Assembly (NCBI GenBank): GCA_963845755.1
Contig: CAWJTV010000011.1
Span: forward strand, 1,088,001 to 1,152,000
Length of the DNA: 64,000 nucleotides
Source of the DNA: an uncultured Planctomycetota bacterium
Lineage (GTDB): Bacteria > Planctomycetota > Planctomycetia > Isosphaerales > Isosphaeraceae
Direction: 5' to 3'
Numbering within the stretch: the first letter of the stretch is position 1; every line of letters starts with the position of its first letter. A program made the translations under genes and the position numbers. Below the pieces are notes generated by a model. The model ran no database searches. It was not told the origin of the DNA and saw only the letters and a program-made list of their open reading frames with translations. Positions 1-13,200 of the stretch are shown here, piece by piece.

Positions 1-350
1 CCTTTCGGGGCTGGGCTTACACGTTGACGCGGACCCGGATCGCCGATTTCCGGCGACAGGCCCCGCCGCGCAATCTGCCGGGGGGCGACTTGCCCGCCAT
101 GCCCGATCCCTCCGATGCCACCCACTTGCTCCAGCGCGCGCAGTTCCTCGTTCTCCAAGAGATCCTCGCGCAGAATGCCAACGATCCCGGCTTCAAGGCG
201 TTCTACCGGACCGCCGTGGATGGGTTGACCGCGACCGCGGCGGGCGAGGAGCTTCGGATGAAGGCGTGGACCGTTCGCCAGCACCGGTCGCGCTGGATCA
301 AGCGGCTGCGCGAAAAGCTGCGCGACGAATTCGGGGAGCTTCTTGACTGA
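1..350 (+). CDS. ECF-type RNA polymerase sigma factor, C-terminal part (5' truncated by window)
   Basis: Region-4-like HTH (AFYRTAVDGLTATAAGEELRMKAWTVRQHRSRWIKRLRE); directly upstream of a kinase with an HxxxCxxC motif. Confidence 0.6.
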   Translation, partial: FRGWAYTLTRTRIADFRRQAPPRNLPGGDLPAMPDPSDATHLLQRAQFLVLQEILAQNANDPGFKAFYRTAVDGLTATAAGEELRMKAWTVRQHRSRWIKRLREKLRDEFGELLD

Positions 351-419
351 AACCGCCGCCGGCTGTCACACCTCACCGTCCAATAAGGTGGAGTCCCCTC
401 CTCGGCGAAGGAAATCCCA

Positions 420-2577
420 ATGAACGAGGTCCTGCATCCCGACATCGAGCAGATCGCTTCCTTCCATCTGGGCACGCTCCCGCTGGAGAAAGTGAATGCC
501 CTGGTCGCTCATCTGGACGGCTGTCAAGACTGTCGTGTCCGCGCCGAGGGCCTCGAGGGGAAAACCGACCTGTTCGTTTCCTGCCTCCGATGCGTGGCGG
601 AAGTGCCGCCCGAGGATCCGGCCCAACACAAGCTGATGGATTATGCCGCCCGGATGCCCCGGAAGAACGTCGGGCTTCCTGCCTCCCAGGCGCCGCTGAT
701 GGTGGCCGGCCTCGAGGTGATCCGGGAGTTGGCGCGCGGCGGACTCGGGGTCGTCTACCTGGCCCGCCATCCCGTACTGGGCGCCCTGCGCCGGTCAAGC
801 GACCGCAGTCGCGCGGCGAGGAACTCCGGCAGATCCTGCTCGCCCGGTTCCGTCGCGAGGTCCGGGCCGTGGGGGCCTTGCGGAACGATCACATCATCCG
901 TGCCATCGACGCCGGTGACGACCCCGAAGGTCCCTACCTGGTGATGGAACTCGTCGATGGCGAACCGCTGAGTCGCCTGGTGGCGCACCACGGCAAACTG
1001 CCTGTCGCCGAGGCCTGCGAACTGGTCCGGCAGACCGCGATCGGCTTGCAGGCCGCCCATGAACGGGGACTCGTTCATCGCGACATCAAGCCGTCCAACC
1101 TGATGCTGGCCCGCGCCAATGCCGGGCGCGCGTGGTGGTCATCGACTGGGGGCTCGTCAAGCAGAATACCGACGGCGGTCAGGCCGATGTCGTGACCGAA
1201 CCCGGGCTGACCTCGTCGGGATCGACCATAGGGACTTACGACTACATGGCCCCCGAACAGGCGACGGATGCCGGCGGCGTCGACATCCGCGCCGATCTCT
1301 ACAGCCTGGGCGCCACGCTCTACTGCCTGCTGGCCGGCCATCCCCCCTTCCATGGCCGGACGAACCAGCAGAAACTCAAAGCTCAACTGAGTGAGCCGTT
1401 CCCACCGCTGAATCGCCTCCGTAAGGACATCCCCGGCGGGCTGATCAAGGTCCTCGATCGGATGGTCGAGAAAGAGGCCACAAAGCGATACCTGATCCCC
1501 GCCGAGGTGGTGAACGCATTGCAAGGATTCTGTTGCAGGCCCGACTCGCCTACGCTCCTCGACTTGCTGGAATCCCCTGCCGTCAATCCGGCCCCGGGTC
1601 TCAAAGGGAATCCCATTTTCGACGGGTCAACCGACTCGGGATCCGTAACGCCTCCGGGCGGCCCATCTCCGATCTCGCCCACGCCACCATACCCCGGTCA
1701 CAAGCCCACGTCGGTACCGATCGGAGGGCGCGTGGCCGCGGTGGCGGCTTACTTCCAGCGAGCGCTCGGCGGCGCCCTCCCTGGAAACGGTCTTGGCGGC
1801 AGGCGAGCCGCGATGGCCGGGCTGATCGGCGTCGTCCTCCTGGGCGTATTCCTCTTCGTCCTGAGCGCGGTCCGCTCCAGGAGTCCGGTTCTTCTCGACG
1901 AGGACTTCCGCGAATCCCTCAAGAACAATCGTGCGCTCCCCGAAGGCTGGACCGGCAACGCCTTGACCGTGGTCGCCGATGAAAACAAGCGCGCATGCCT
2001 GGAGACCGCCAAGAAGGAGGGCGACGACCTCGTGACGCTCCCCACCTTGGCTCTCGGCGACAACTTCTCCATCGAGGGGGACTACATTCTGCGGGGATAT
2101 CAGTTCAACTCCCGGACGGCTAGCCAGTCCTTGTCGATCCAACTGGAATCCACCAAGGGAGACACAACCGTTCGCATTGTCATCAACCATGCCGGCTTCG
2201 TGACCATTGGGAATAATCAACCTCGCCAGGCGCCCGGTTTCCCGCTGCCGCCACCGCAGGATCAACATGGAAACGTCAACCGGGAGTACCTCGGGCAGTT
2301 CAAGATCAGCAAATTCCGCATGATCCGTGACGGAAAGATGTTGCGGGTGTACCTCAATGGCAAGCCGGCGGCCACCGCGACGCTCGAGGATCTCCCGGAT
2401 ACGGACACGGTGCGCATCGGCTTGACGGCCGGAGTTGTCGAGGCTCCCTTCCCGAGAATCCAGAAGGTCGGCTATGCCGCTAGGCTCTACAACCTGAAGA
2501 TCTGCTCGCCCGCCACTAACGAGCCGTCGAAGGCACGAACCTCATCGACGAGCGACGGCAACTCCGGAACGCCTTGA
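420..2577 (+). CDS. Ser/Thr protein kinase with N-terminal zinc-finger (HLDGCQDC), TM helix and C-terminal extracytoplasmic domain; 2 frameshifts (~790, ~1130)
   Basis: ARGGLGVVY, RFRREVRAVG, HRDIKPSN, IDWG, GTYDYMAPEQ, DLYSLG across ORFs 420-944, 590-1195 and 1132-2577. Confidence 0.9.
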
Positions 2578-2608
2578 GTCATTCCGGGAACCACCATCCG
2601 GATCTCCT

Positions 2609-4985
2609 ATGAACCACTATCCCGCCCTGTTCGAGCTGGCGAATCAAAAGCTCCACCCTCTCGGGGGGTCGGAATCGTTCCTGGTGGGACGGAATGAGAC
2701 CGCGGATGTCCCGGTGCTCGACACGACCTGTTCGCGCCACCATTTCCGGATCGTCCGGCGCGAGGGCCGGCATTTCGTCGAGCCGCTCAACGCGGGGAAC
2801 CCGACGTATCACAATGGCCGACCGGTCGCGAATCCCGAGCCCGTCGAGCACGGATCCGTCCTTCAGGCCGGTCGGGCGCGTTTCCAGTTCCTGGTTCGCG
2901 AGCGTGGGGACGACACGCGAAAGAACGTGACGATTCCGCTCGTCGTTCCGGCCGCCGACTCGACCGTGATGGCCGGTTCGGGACCGGTTGACGCCGACCT
3001 TCCCGGGCTCGCGGTGTTTCCCCTCGCGGGCGTGATGATGGTGGGGCGCGAGTCGGGGCGCGTGCAGATCCTCCTGCCGCATCCCCAGGTGTCGCGCAGT
3101 CACGCCTGCATCACGCTCCAGGGGAAGACCGCGACTCTCACGGACCTCAATAGCGCCAACGGGACGTTCGTCAACGGCCAGCGGATCCAGGCGCGCCGCG
3201 ACCCTCAAACCCGGCGATCAGATCGATATCGGACCCTATGCTCTTGCGTTCACCGGAACGACCTTGGTCCCGCGTCCTCGCTCCGATAACGTCGAGCTGG
3301 TGGCCCGCGGGATCCATCGCGTCGTGGTGAACCGCGAGACCGGCCGGCCGCTGGTGCTGCTCGATGAGATCAGCCTGGTGATCCGGCCGCGCGAGTTCGT
3401 CTGCCTGCTCGGCCCCAGCGGCTCGGGGAAATCGACCCTCCTGTCGGCGCTCAGCGGCCGCGCGGCCGCCGACAATGGATCCGTGCTCCTCAACGGCAAG
3501 GATCTCTACACGCATTTCGAGGCCCTTAAACAGGACATCGCCGTCGTTCCTCAGAAGGACGTGCTGCACGACTCGCTCGCCGTGGGACAGGCCCTCTGGT
3601 ACACGGCGAAGCTGCGTCTCCCTCCCGATACGAGCCAGTTGGAGATCGAGCAATCCCTGGGCGAGATGCTCGAGACGGTCGGTCTCACGGGCCGCCGCGG
3701 CACGGTGATCCGCCACCTCAGCGGCGGGCAGGTGAAGCGTGCCAGCCTGGCCAATGAGATCCTCTGCAAGCCGAGCCTGCTCTTCCTCGACGAGGTGACC
3801 TCGGGACTCGACGAGCAGACTGACCGCGAGGTCATGAACCTGTTCCGTTCCCTGGCCGACGCGGGCAAGACGGTGGTCTGCATCACGCACAGCCTTGCCA
3901 ATGTCGAGCGGACCTGCCACCTCGTCGTCATCCTCACTCCCGGCGGCATGCTGGCCTTCGTCGGCAAGCCGGCCGAGGCGCTGGCGTACTTCGACATCGA
4001 ACGGCTGGGCGACGTCTACGAGCGCCTCGCGGAAAAGCCGGCGGAAGACTGGCAACGGGCATTCCGGGCGAGTCCGCTGTGGCAACGCTATGTCACCGGG
4101 CGCCTGCCGCGCGAGACCGCCGCGCCGGTCAACGCAGGGCTCACGCGAGGCAGCCGTTCGGGCGAGCGGCTGAAATTGTTCTTGCGCCAGTCGGTCCTGG
4201 TGACGAGCCGGTATGCCGCGATCTGGCGGGGCGACTCGCTGTCGCTCCTGGCGATGGCGGCCCAGGCGCTGGTCGTGGCCGTGCTACTCGGCCTCCTGTT
4301 CGGAGACCTCGACAAGGTGACGAGGCCCGACGAGCACGCCCGGCGCACGGTCAATCTGATGTTCCTGCTGGCGGTTTCGAGCTACTGGTTCGGCTGCAAC
4401 AACGCGGCGAAGGAAATCGTCAAGGAGCGCGTCATTTTCCGGCGTGAACGCGACTTCAACCTCCGCGTGGAAAGCTATTTCACTTCGAAGCTGATCCTCT
4501 TGACCGCGTTCAGTTGGCTCCAGGCGCTCCTGCTCTTCGGGATCGTCCGTGCCTGGTGTCATCCGCCCGGCCTGGCCGGTCAGGCGTTAACCGTGCTCTT
4601 GACGCTCGCCCTGGCGGGCGTCACGCTGGGGCTGGCGATCTCCGCGTTCGCGGCGACCGAGGAGATGGCGATCACCCTGATTCCAATGGCGATCATCCCA
4701 CAAATCATCCTGTCGGGAGCGATTTCTCCGCTCGAGGGAGTGAGCAAGGTGCTGGCCCTGCTGGGCATATCGACGTACTGGGGCAAGCGGGGCCTGGACG
4801 CTGGCCTGCCGGAGAAGGTGGCGCGCGCGGTCTTACCGTCGGGCCTGGAACAGCATTCCACGGGCGTTGCGCTGCTGGTGTTGCTGGCGCATGCAGTGGC
4901 GTGCATCGTGGTGTCGCTGGCGGTGCTGCACTGGCAGAATCGCCGCCGCGGACTGGCCGCACTCCTCGGACGCAAGGCGCGGTAA
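2609..4985 (+). CDS. FHA-FHA-ABC transporter (ATPase plus ABC-2 permease), Rv1747-like; frameshift ~3195
   Basis: Two FHA domains (VGR...CSRHH; VGRE...VSRSH...DLNSANGTFVNG), Walker A GPSGSGKST, LSGGQ, LFLDE, C-terminal TM helices. Confidence 0.9.
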
Positions 4986-5097
4986 CCGCCTCGATCCGCC
5001 GGGCGCGTTTCCAGGGTCTTGGTTCGATCGGGGCGATCGATCATGATGGTATGCCGACGGACTTTTGCCGGCGCGACTCGGACATCCCGGAATCCCC

Positions 5098-5887
5098 ATG
5101 ATCACGTCGTGGTCGGCAGGAATCGCCGACGAGCACATGGACGAGGGCATTCTCATCGAGCTGGGGACGGTGGTCCGCCGTCATCCCTGGTGGCGAGCGC
5201 GCGCGGCTGACCGGCGCTTGCTGGACCGGCTGGGCGTGCGGCCGCCAGCCCGGGTGCTCGATGCCGGCTGCGGATGGGGCGTGACTCTGGCCATGCTGGA
5301 ACGGCGCGGCTATCGTGCGGCCGGTCTCGATGTCTCCCGGCGGACGCTGGCTCAACTGGACGGAGAGAAGCCCGGCCGCGAGCTGATCGAAGCCGACCTG
5401 TCCGGCCCCCTGGCGGTCTCGGTCGAGCCGTTCGATGCCGTGCTGGCCCTCGACGTGATCGAGCACCTCGACGACGACCGCGCCGCCGTGGAGCGGCTGG
5501 GCAGGCTGGTGCGTCCGAACGGCGGACTCGTGGTCGTGAGCGTGCCGGCCAGGCCCGACCTATTCTCCGAGTTCGACCGCATCCAGGGTCATCGTCGCCG
5601 GTACGATCCTCCGCGGTTGCACGCGGCCTTCGCCGACACCCACCTCGTCGTGGATCGCCTCTTCTGGTGGGGTGCCTGGATGGTCCCGATCCTCCGCCGC
5701 CGCGCGCACCCGGCCGCACCCATCGGTTGCGGAGACGCCAGCCGAGACCTACCTCCGTTACTTGCACACCCCACCCTGGCCGGGCTCCTGGCTGCTACAG
5801 CTCGCGTATGCCCTCGAGCAGCCCTGGGCGCTGGCCCAGCGGCTCCCCACCGGGACCTCGCTGTTTGCCGTCGCTCGACGCGCATGA
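5098..5887 (+). CDS. Class I SAM-dependent methyltransferase; frameshift ~5700
   Basis: VLDAGCGWG motif I, FDAVLALDVIEHL, GHRRRY. Confidence 0.85.
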
Positions 5888-5950
5888 TCGATTCGAGGAC
5901 AATGACCGATTGCGTCTTCCCATCCCTCTCTGAGACAGGAGCTGAATCGC

Positions 5951-8354
5951 ATGAGGACCTTCATGAAGGGAGCATGCGCCGGTTTGCTGATCGTCGCCGG
6001 GGCCGCGGCGCTCGGCGTTCCGGCGGCCGAGGGCGACGGTCCGCAAGCGGGTGCGTCTCACCCGGTGGCGATTGCCGGGTCCGGCCGGCCGCAGCAGGCC
6101 GGGGCGGGGAATGTCGTCGCCGTCCTGGCCCAGTCGTCGCCGCTACAAGGGGCTCCCGGGGAACGCCAGGCCCCCGCGGGTGGCACGCGATCGGCCGCCG
6201 TCTGGCCGTTCCATCCCCAGCGCGACACCTTCCGCCCCGATGCGCTGCTGGACTTGCGCGCGCTGAATGAGCCGATCGCCGGCCAGAGCGGTTTCATCCG
6301 GCTATCCGCCGACAAGAACGACTTCGTGCGCGGCGACGGCGTTCCCTTGCGGTTCTGGGCCGTGAATTTCGACTTCTCTCGAAACCCGAACCTCGAATCC
6401 CTCGGCCACACCGCGCGGTTCCTGGCGAAGCGCGGCGTGAATTTGGTCCGTCTGAATGGGTTCCTGGAGTCTCACGCGAAGAATTCGCGGGTCACCGATG
6501 CCGATCCGAAAGTCATCGACCAGGCCTGGCGGCTGGTCGCGGCGATGAAGAAGGAAGGCATCTACACGGTGATCAGCCCGTACTGGGCCGCGGAGGTGAA
6601 GCATGTGCCCGCTTCCTGGGACCTCGGGGACTGGCCCGAGAACGTGAGCCCGCAGGGCCTGCTGTTCTTCAATCCGAAGCTCCAGAAGGGCTATAAGACC
6701 TGGCTGAAGGACCTGCTGACCCGCCGCAACCCCTATACCGGCATCCCGATCGCTCGGGATCCCGCCGTCGCCTTGATCCAGATCCAGAACGAAGACAGCC
6801 TCTTGTTCTGGACCGAGCAGGGAATCAAGGGCCAACAACTCACCTTGCTGGGTCAGCAGTTCGGCGACTGGGCCAGGCGGAAATATGGTTCGCTCGAGGC
6901 CTGCGCAGCGCGCCTGGAGCGGTCAGTCGATGCCCGAGGACGATCCGGCTCGGGGCGTCCTGGGTGTCCACCCGATCTGGCAGTTCACCAGGCCGCAGAC
7001 CGGGGGCCTCAAGAAGCGGCTTGACGATCAGCTCCGGTTCTTCGGCGAGACGATGTATCGATTCAACGCCGAGATCGCGCGCTACCTCCGCGAGGAGCTC
7101 GGGTGCAAGCAATTGATCAACGCCGGCAACTGGAGGACGGTCGATGCCATCCGGCTCAACGACGTCGAGCGCTGGTCTTACACGGCCAACGAGGTGCTCG
7201 CGGTGAATAGCTATTTCAGCCCAGTCCACCTCGGCCCCAACCGCAACTGGCGGATCGACCCGGGCGACCGGTTCCAGAACCAGTCGGCCCTGGTGAACCC
7301 GCGAGCCTTGCCCCTGGCCATCAAACAAGTGATCGGATATCCGATCGTGGTCACCGAGACACAATGGCAACCGCCCGCGGGCTTCCAGTCCGAGGCGCCA
7401 TTCCTGGTGGCGGCCTACCAGTCGCTGACCGGCGTGGATGCCGCGTTCTGGTACACGACCGTGGAGTTCGAGTGGTCGAATCGGGACGTGGCCGAGTGGG
7501 ATTCGGCATCGCGACAGAAGTATGCGACCGCCGTCCCCATGATGCTCGGCCAGTTCCCGGCCGCGGCGCTGCTGTTCCGCCGGGGTGACGTCAGCCTGGG
7601 CCAGCCGGTTGTCGTCGAGCACCGCAGCCTCGAACAGCTCTGGGAGCGGGTGCCGCCGATCATCGCCGAGGATGCCCGCTATGACCCCAATCGCGACCTG
7701 GGCGACACGGCCAAGCAGTCGAATCTCGCGCATGGCGTGGACCCGCTGGCCTTCCTGGTCGGGCCGGTCCAGGTCGTCTATGGCTCGGACCCGGCCAAGA
7801 CGACGGCCGCGGACCTGGGCCGCTACATCGACTCCGAGAAGAAGGTGATCCGCAGCAACACCGGCCAGCTCGCCTGGGATTATGGCCGGGGCGTCTGCAC
7901 GCTCGACGCGCCCCGGGCCCAGGGCGTGACCGGGTTCCTCCGCCCGGTCAGTCCCATCACGCTGAGCGACGTCACCATCCGATCGGAGAACCCGTACGCG
8001 ACCGTGCTTGTCGTCGCGCTCGACGATCAGCCGCTGGCCAAGAGTCGTCGGGTCCTCGTCCAGGTCGGTACCCGGCAACGGCCCACCGCCTGGCGCGATC
8101 ACGCGGTGACCTTCACGGTTGACAATGGCCGCGAAACGATCAACGGCCGCCAGATCGATTCAACCGGGACGATGCCCTGGATCATCGCGGCGACGGAAGT
8201 CACCATCCAGGTGCGGAACGCCGGCCTGACTTCGGCCACGCTCCTCGACATCAACGGGAACGCCCGGGCGAAAGTGCCGCTCCGCCGCGCCGGGGCCGCG
8301 ATCGAGGTGGAGCTCCCCCAGGATGCGATGTACGTCGTGCTCGGTACACAGTGA
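5951..8354 (+). CDS. Secreted clan GH-A (GH5-like) glycoside hydrolase; frameshift ~6900
   Basis: Signal peptide, RFWAVN, GVNLVRL, IQIQNEDS (acid/base), VVTETQW (nucleophile). Confidence 0.7.
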
Positions 8355-8496
8355 GAGGCCCGGACTTCTCAAGGGATCAGCAGGGCGCGGTTCCGTTCGA
8401 GCCGGCATAGAGCAGGGCCGTAAGCGGCTCGTACGGAGCCTCCTGTGATGTCGTCCACGTCGAAATCCGGTCGTCTCAGTCTTATTAACCCTGCCG

Positions 8497-9051
8497 TCAA
8501 GGTGAGCGACCTGCGCCTGGGAGATTGGTGACCTGGAGACCGTTCGGTGGCTCGCCGGTCTTCAGACTGACGACCAAGATGCGCGGCGTGAGCCAGTGGA
8601 GCCGGTTTTTCAGTGCGTCGATCAGAACCGATGCCTGATTCTGCCTGCGACCCCGAGGGCCAGGCGGAAGGTCCTGTTCCAGCCATAGCATGGCGTGGAC
8701 TGGAGTCTGACCGCACCCCAACCGCCTCACGACTCGTCCCCAGACCTCTTCGTTCCCGCGATGATGGGCCGCGACGATTCCGGCGATCGTGTCGCGAAGC
8801 TTCTGGCCGACCTCGATCGCCAACTCACCTTCCCTCAGCCGCTCCTGGTTCTCGATCCGATGCCCGCGGAAGTCCTTCACCTCGATCAGGTAGAGCCGAG
8901 AATCTGCCTGGAGGGCCACGAAATCGACGGCCTTCGTCTCGTCCAGACGTCTGATTCGATCTGTGTAATCCGAATGTTCGTCATACTTGATTACGAACCA
9001 AGAGTCATCAAACTCGAAGCGAAGTCGAGCTTCGTCGAACGTCCCTGGCAC
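8497..9051 (-). CDS. PD-(D/E)xK-like nuclease-fold protein
   Basis: AVDFVA...LYLIEVKDFR motif; 10 bp downstream of the ABC-type ATPase. Confidence 0.6.
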   Translation of the reverse strand: MPGTFDEARLRFEFDDSWFVIKYDEHSDYTDRIRRLDETKAVDFVALQADSRLYLIEVKDFRGHRIENQERLREGELAIEVGQKLRDTIAGIVAAHHRGNEEVWGRVVRRLGCGQTPVHAMLWLEQDLPPGPRGRRQNQASVLIDALKNRLHWLTPRILVVSLKTGEPPNGLQVTNLPGAGRSP

Positions 9052-9061
9052 GGTCAGGCCC

Positions 9062-10144
9062 TCACTTGACTCGATCGTTTTGATAGAACAACGCGCGCTC
9101 TCGGTCGTAGAGCGCCTCGAACTCTTCCATGATGGGATTTCGATCCAGCTCGGCGAGCGTCCCTCCGGACTGAACCTCGACCCCGCCCTGATCGCATCGG
9201 CTGAAGGCGAAGAAGCGAATCGGCGCGTCGCCGGCCGCGGGCGTCTGATACTCGGCGTTCAGGGACAACTCATTGGTCAAGAGATAATCGTGAGTGGCGA
9301 CGAGAATCTGGACTCCGTGAGCGGCGAGCTGGAGAAGGAAGTCCGCCACGATCTTGATGAGCTTGGGGTTCAGGCCAGACTCGGGTTCGTCCCAGAAGAG
9401 CACACTGTTTTTCGTCAGCCAGCCGTTGGCGATCAGACGCATCAAGGTGGCGATCTTGCGGAAACCTTCGGCCGCGAGAGGAGCTTCGATTTTGCCGTCG
9501 TCCTTCGACAACAAGTAGAAGTGATCGCCTTCGAGAGTGACTTCGATGCCGAGAGATTCGCCGAGTGGACGCCATAACTCTGATGCAGCCTCGCCACTCG
9601 GTCCACGGAACGGTGACGCGCTCAAGGCGAAGCAGAGATCCGCATACGTCTCGTCAAAAGCCAGCTCGCGATTCTGGTAGGCCGCGTAGAACCCGGGATA
9701 GATGGAAAGGACTTCGCGAGTAGGAAGGAAGACGCCAGTCGGTTCGATCTCGAGATCATCGGGGTGCCGCTTCACGCGGAGTTCTCCAAGAGTGTTCAGT
9801 TCAAAGCTGATCATACCCTCGTCGAAATCGAGCTGAGCCGTTAGTTTCTTCCTGCTCCGACTTCTTCGAACCAGACGCCCGATCTCTCCATGATCGGGCC
9901 GAAAGACGGCGGCGAGTTTCATCGACAGCCTGTCTGCCAAGAACTTAGGCAGACCCGGGGATGTCGAGGCCGCCTGATTCATGAGAGCATGCCGGACACG
10001 CAGCATGGAATAAGCCAGTTTCAGCACGTGGGTCTTGCCGGTGGCGTTGGCCCCGATGAAGACGTTGACTCCGCGGGAGAAGGACAGTCTTGCCTTATCG
10101 AAGACTGTGAATCCGGTTATATTCAAGTTCTGGAGCATGCTCAA
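9062..10144 (-). CDS. Soluble ABC-type ATPase (AAA_15/AAA_21-like)
   Basis: Walker A GANATGKT, Walker B LFWDEPESGLNP, H-loop ATHDY; no TM segments. Confidence 0.9.
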   Translation of the reverse strand: MSMLQNLNITGFTVFDKARLSFSRGVNVFIGANATGKTHVLKLAYSMLRVRHALMNQAASTSPGLPKFLADRLSMKLAAVFRPDHGEIGRLVRRSRSRKKLTAQLDFDEGMISFELNTLGELRVKRHPDDLEIEPTGVFLPTREVLSIYPGFYAAYQNRELAFDETYADLCFALSASPFRGPSGEAASELWRPLGESLGIEVTLEGDHFYLLSKDDGKIEAPLAAEGFRKIATLMRLIANGWLTKNSVLFWDEPESGLNPKLIKIVADFLLQLAAHGVQILVATHDYLLTNELSLNAEYQTPAAGDAPIRFFAFSRCDQGGVEVQSGGTLAELDRNPIMEEFEALYDRERALFYQNDRVK

Positions 10145-10217
10145 TAAATCCTGGCGATCAGAGTAGCAAAGGGGACGCAGCTACGAAGCAGCAACGGACC
10201 TGGTACCCGGGAATGCT

Positions 10218-13200
10218 TCAAGACGTCCGCACCCGGAAGACGCTCAGCTCGCCGGCGTCGGGCTGGGGGTAGCGGAGCACCTCGCCGCGATGTTCGGCGA
10301 ACTGGACGAGCCCCTGCATGAAGGCGACGCCGTCGCAGAGCCGGTCGTCCTCGTAGACCTGCATCGGCGGCTCGATCAAGGGCCGGGGGAGGAAGACGAT
10401 CGTCTTGGTCCGCGCAGGGTGATCGACACGTTCAGCCGGTTGAGGCTGTAGATGAACTCCTTCTCGTTCATCGCGTGCTCGACGTCCGAGACGCCGTAGC
10501 TGACGATGACGACCTCGCATTCCTGGCCTTGCATCCGGTCGACGGTCTCGACGAACGGGTCCCGGTGCCAGGGCCGGACCGCCGTCAGGGCGCGGCGGAT
10601 GGCCTTGATCTGGAGATGATGCGGGCTGACGACGAAGAGCCCGTCCTTCCAGAACGCGGCATCGCCCTCGGGAGTATCGGGGTACTTGCGGCGGGGGCCG
10701 AGCTGGAGTCGCTCGCGGAGCCGGACGGCGGCGCGCACCACCAGCCCCGCCTCGACCCGATTCTCGACCGTCGCGCGCACGCCGTCGAGCACGCCGATGA
10801 CCAGCGGGTAATTCGGGTCGAGCAGGACGTCGGCCAGCTCGTCGCCGTTGGGCGACCTGGCCAGCGCCAGCTTTCGCGTCGCGATCTCGTTGCTGGCGCT
10901 GCGATACGCGGGGGTGTAGATCTGCTCGGCCGGGTAGAGGCAGAGCGTGCGGCTCATCCGCCAGTTCTCCAGGAGCGTCGCGGTGTAGCGGCGGTCGGGG
11001 TCCTGGGCCTTCAGGCATTCGAAGATCGAGCGGTGAAGGATCGGCTCGCCGGGTTCCGGGTCGGGGTATGCCGCCTGGATGATCGGCGGGAGCTGCTTGT
11101 CGTCGCCGGCAATCAGCAGCCGCGCCGCTGGGCCGAGTCGGCCGAGCACGATCGCGGCCTCGGGTACGCGCAACTGCGAGCCCTCGTCCACGACGACGAG
11201 GTCCGCGCCGAGAGCGGCCGTCCCCTTGTGGATCGCCCAGGCGGTCCCGCCGCACAGGCCAATCGTCTCGCCGGTCGGCCAGCCCCAGCCGGTCTTGCCC
11301 ACCTTGGCGTCAACGTCCTGGACGTCGTCCATGCCGGTCAGCCGGCCCCCACCGAGCTTGTGGATCGGAAACGCGCCTCGGACGATCTGGTGCCGCCGCT
11401 GGAGCTCGGCCGCCTTGCGCAGGGCGTTGTCGATCGCCGCGTGCGTGAAGGCGGTCAGGAGAGTCCGGAAGGGCTTGCCCGCGGCGCGGTGGGCTTCGGC
11501 CAGGCAGAGGATGGTCGAGGCCAGGAAGTGGGTCTTCCCCGTGCCGGGCGGGCCCCAGACCAGGCGGAGGCCATGGTCGAGGATCCCCTGGAACGCCGAG
11601 AGCTGGCTCGCCGTCATGCCGTGGTGTCGGGCCAGATCCAGGGCACGATCGCGAATCGCTGTCGGCACCGCGAGCGAACGCGCCGCCTCGTGCGGCCGTT
11701 CGATCAGGTTCACAAACGGCGCATCGGCCTGCCGGTCGAGCTCGGACAGGTGGGCGAGGACCTTGTCGATGTTGTAGTCGGTGTACCGCTGCTCCAGGAA
11801 GTATTGCGCTCCCGGCTTCAACGAGGGGAAGAGCCGGCCGGGCTTGACGTCCAGGCGGAGCACGCCCTCGGTGGAATCCTCGGGATCCCCGATCGCCTTG
11901 ACGCCCGCCAGCGCGAGCGGCAAGTTGTTCGGCGCGTACGGCCGGTCCTTCCAGACGTAGTCGTCGAAGCTGAGCCGGGCGATGTTCCCTTCTTCCGACG
12001 CCTCGGTCAGGATCCAGTTGGCGAACGTCTCCTCCTCGAGCTTCACGTCCCGCTGGGAGGGGTCGAGGCGGAAGCGGCCGTCGGCCAGATGAGTGAGGCG
12101 GAGGGTTTCACCGTCCATCAGCCGTTCGCCCAGCGGGGCCATCCGGCGCTCGCGGACGCCCAGGTAGCCGAGGATCGATTCGTGGCGGGCCACGAACGCC
12201 AGCCGCGAGAGGGCCGGATGGCGGTGATCGAAGGCCGACGGCAGCTTGAATTTCGGCGGCCAGGCGAACAGCGAGTGGCCCGACTCGGTCAGCCGCTCGC
12301 GGATGCCGTTGATCAGGCTATTCGTCCCCGCCAGCCGGTAGCGGATCTCGCGCTCGATCCGCTCGACATACTCATCCTTGTCCTGATGCCAGACAGCGAA
12401 GATTGCGTCCGACCGCATCTGGTTGGAGAGCGCGAACGAGAAATAGTCGTTCTCCTGGTAGGGGAATCCGAACTGCTTGGGCATGAGCAGCCGGACGGCG
12501 TCGGCGAAGCGGTAGGCGATGTCCAGGGGCAGGGCGAGCCGGTCGCGGAGGACGTCGACCAGGACCACGACCGGGAAGACCACTTCGTCGGCCGGCTGAT
12601 TCTTGGTCTGGATCAGCTCGGGGCGCTGGAAGTGGAAGAAGACCTGGAGCGCCTCCTCGGCGACCTCGGGATCGGCGACGCGGCGGAGCAGGACCTCGGT
12701 GAGCCGATCGCGCTCATAGGTATCATAGGTATAAGCTTGCAGATTTTTCTGGAACTTCCATTCCGGGGCGCGGGTATTGTGATCGTGCACGGGCTTGAGC
12801 AGGCCGTACAGGGCCCGGACGAACTCCCGCTCGAGCTCGGCGCAGCACTCGGGGTGCGGGTGCGCGCCACGTTGACCATCGGCTTCGGGTTCTCGCCGAG
12901 GACCTCGCGCAGGCCCTGGGCCTGGATGCCGTAGGCATAGACCTGGCCTGAGACCGGCTCGGACTGGACCGTGATCACCAGGCGGATGTTCTCGCCCCGG
13001 GGCATGGCCAGGGTCGCGCCGTCGTGGACGTGGGCCTCGCTATTTCGCATCGCGCGGACCTGGAGGCGAAGGCGCTCGGCCCGCCCTCGCAGCGAGGCGC
13101 AGTCGTCGAGCAGCCCGACGCGCGCGGGATCCTCGAGCAGCCGCTCGCAATCGGCCAGCGTCTTCACCGGGGGCTCGAGCGCGCCCAGGAACTGCTTGGC

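Noticed and set aside
10475..12934. 819-aa plus-strand ORF and other long antisense ORFs (e.g. 15862-17121, 18175-19446, 54218-55528)
   Set aside because: Shadow ORFs opposite motif-bearing genes in high-GC DNA
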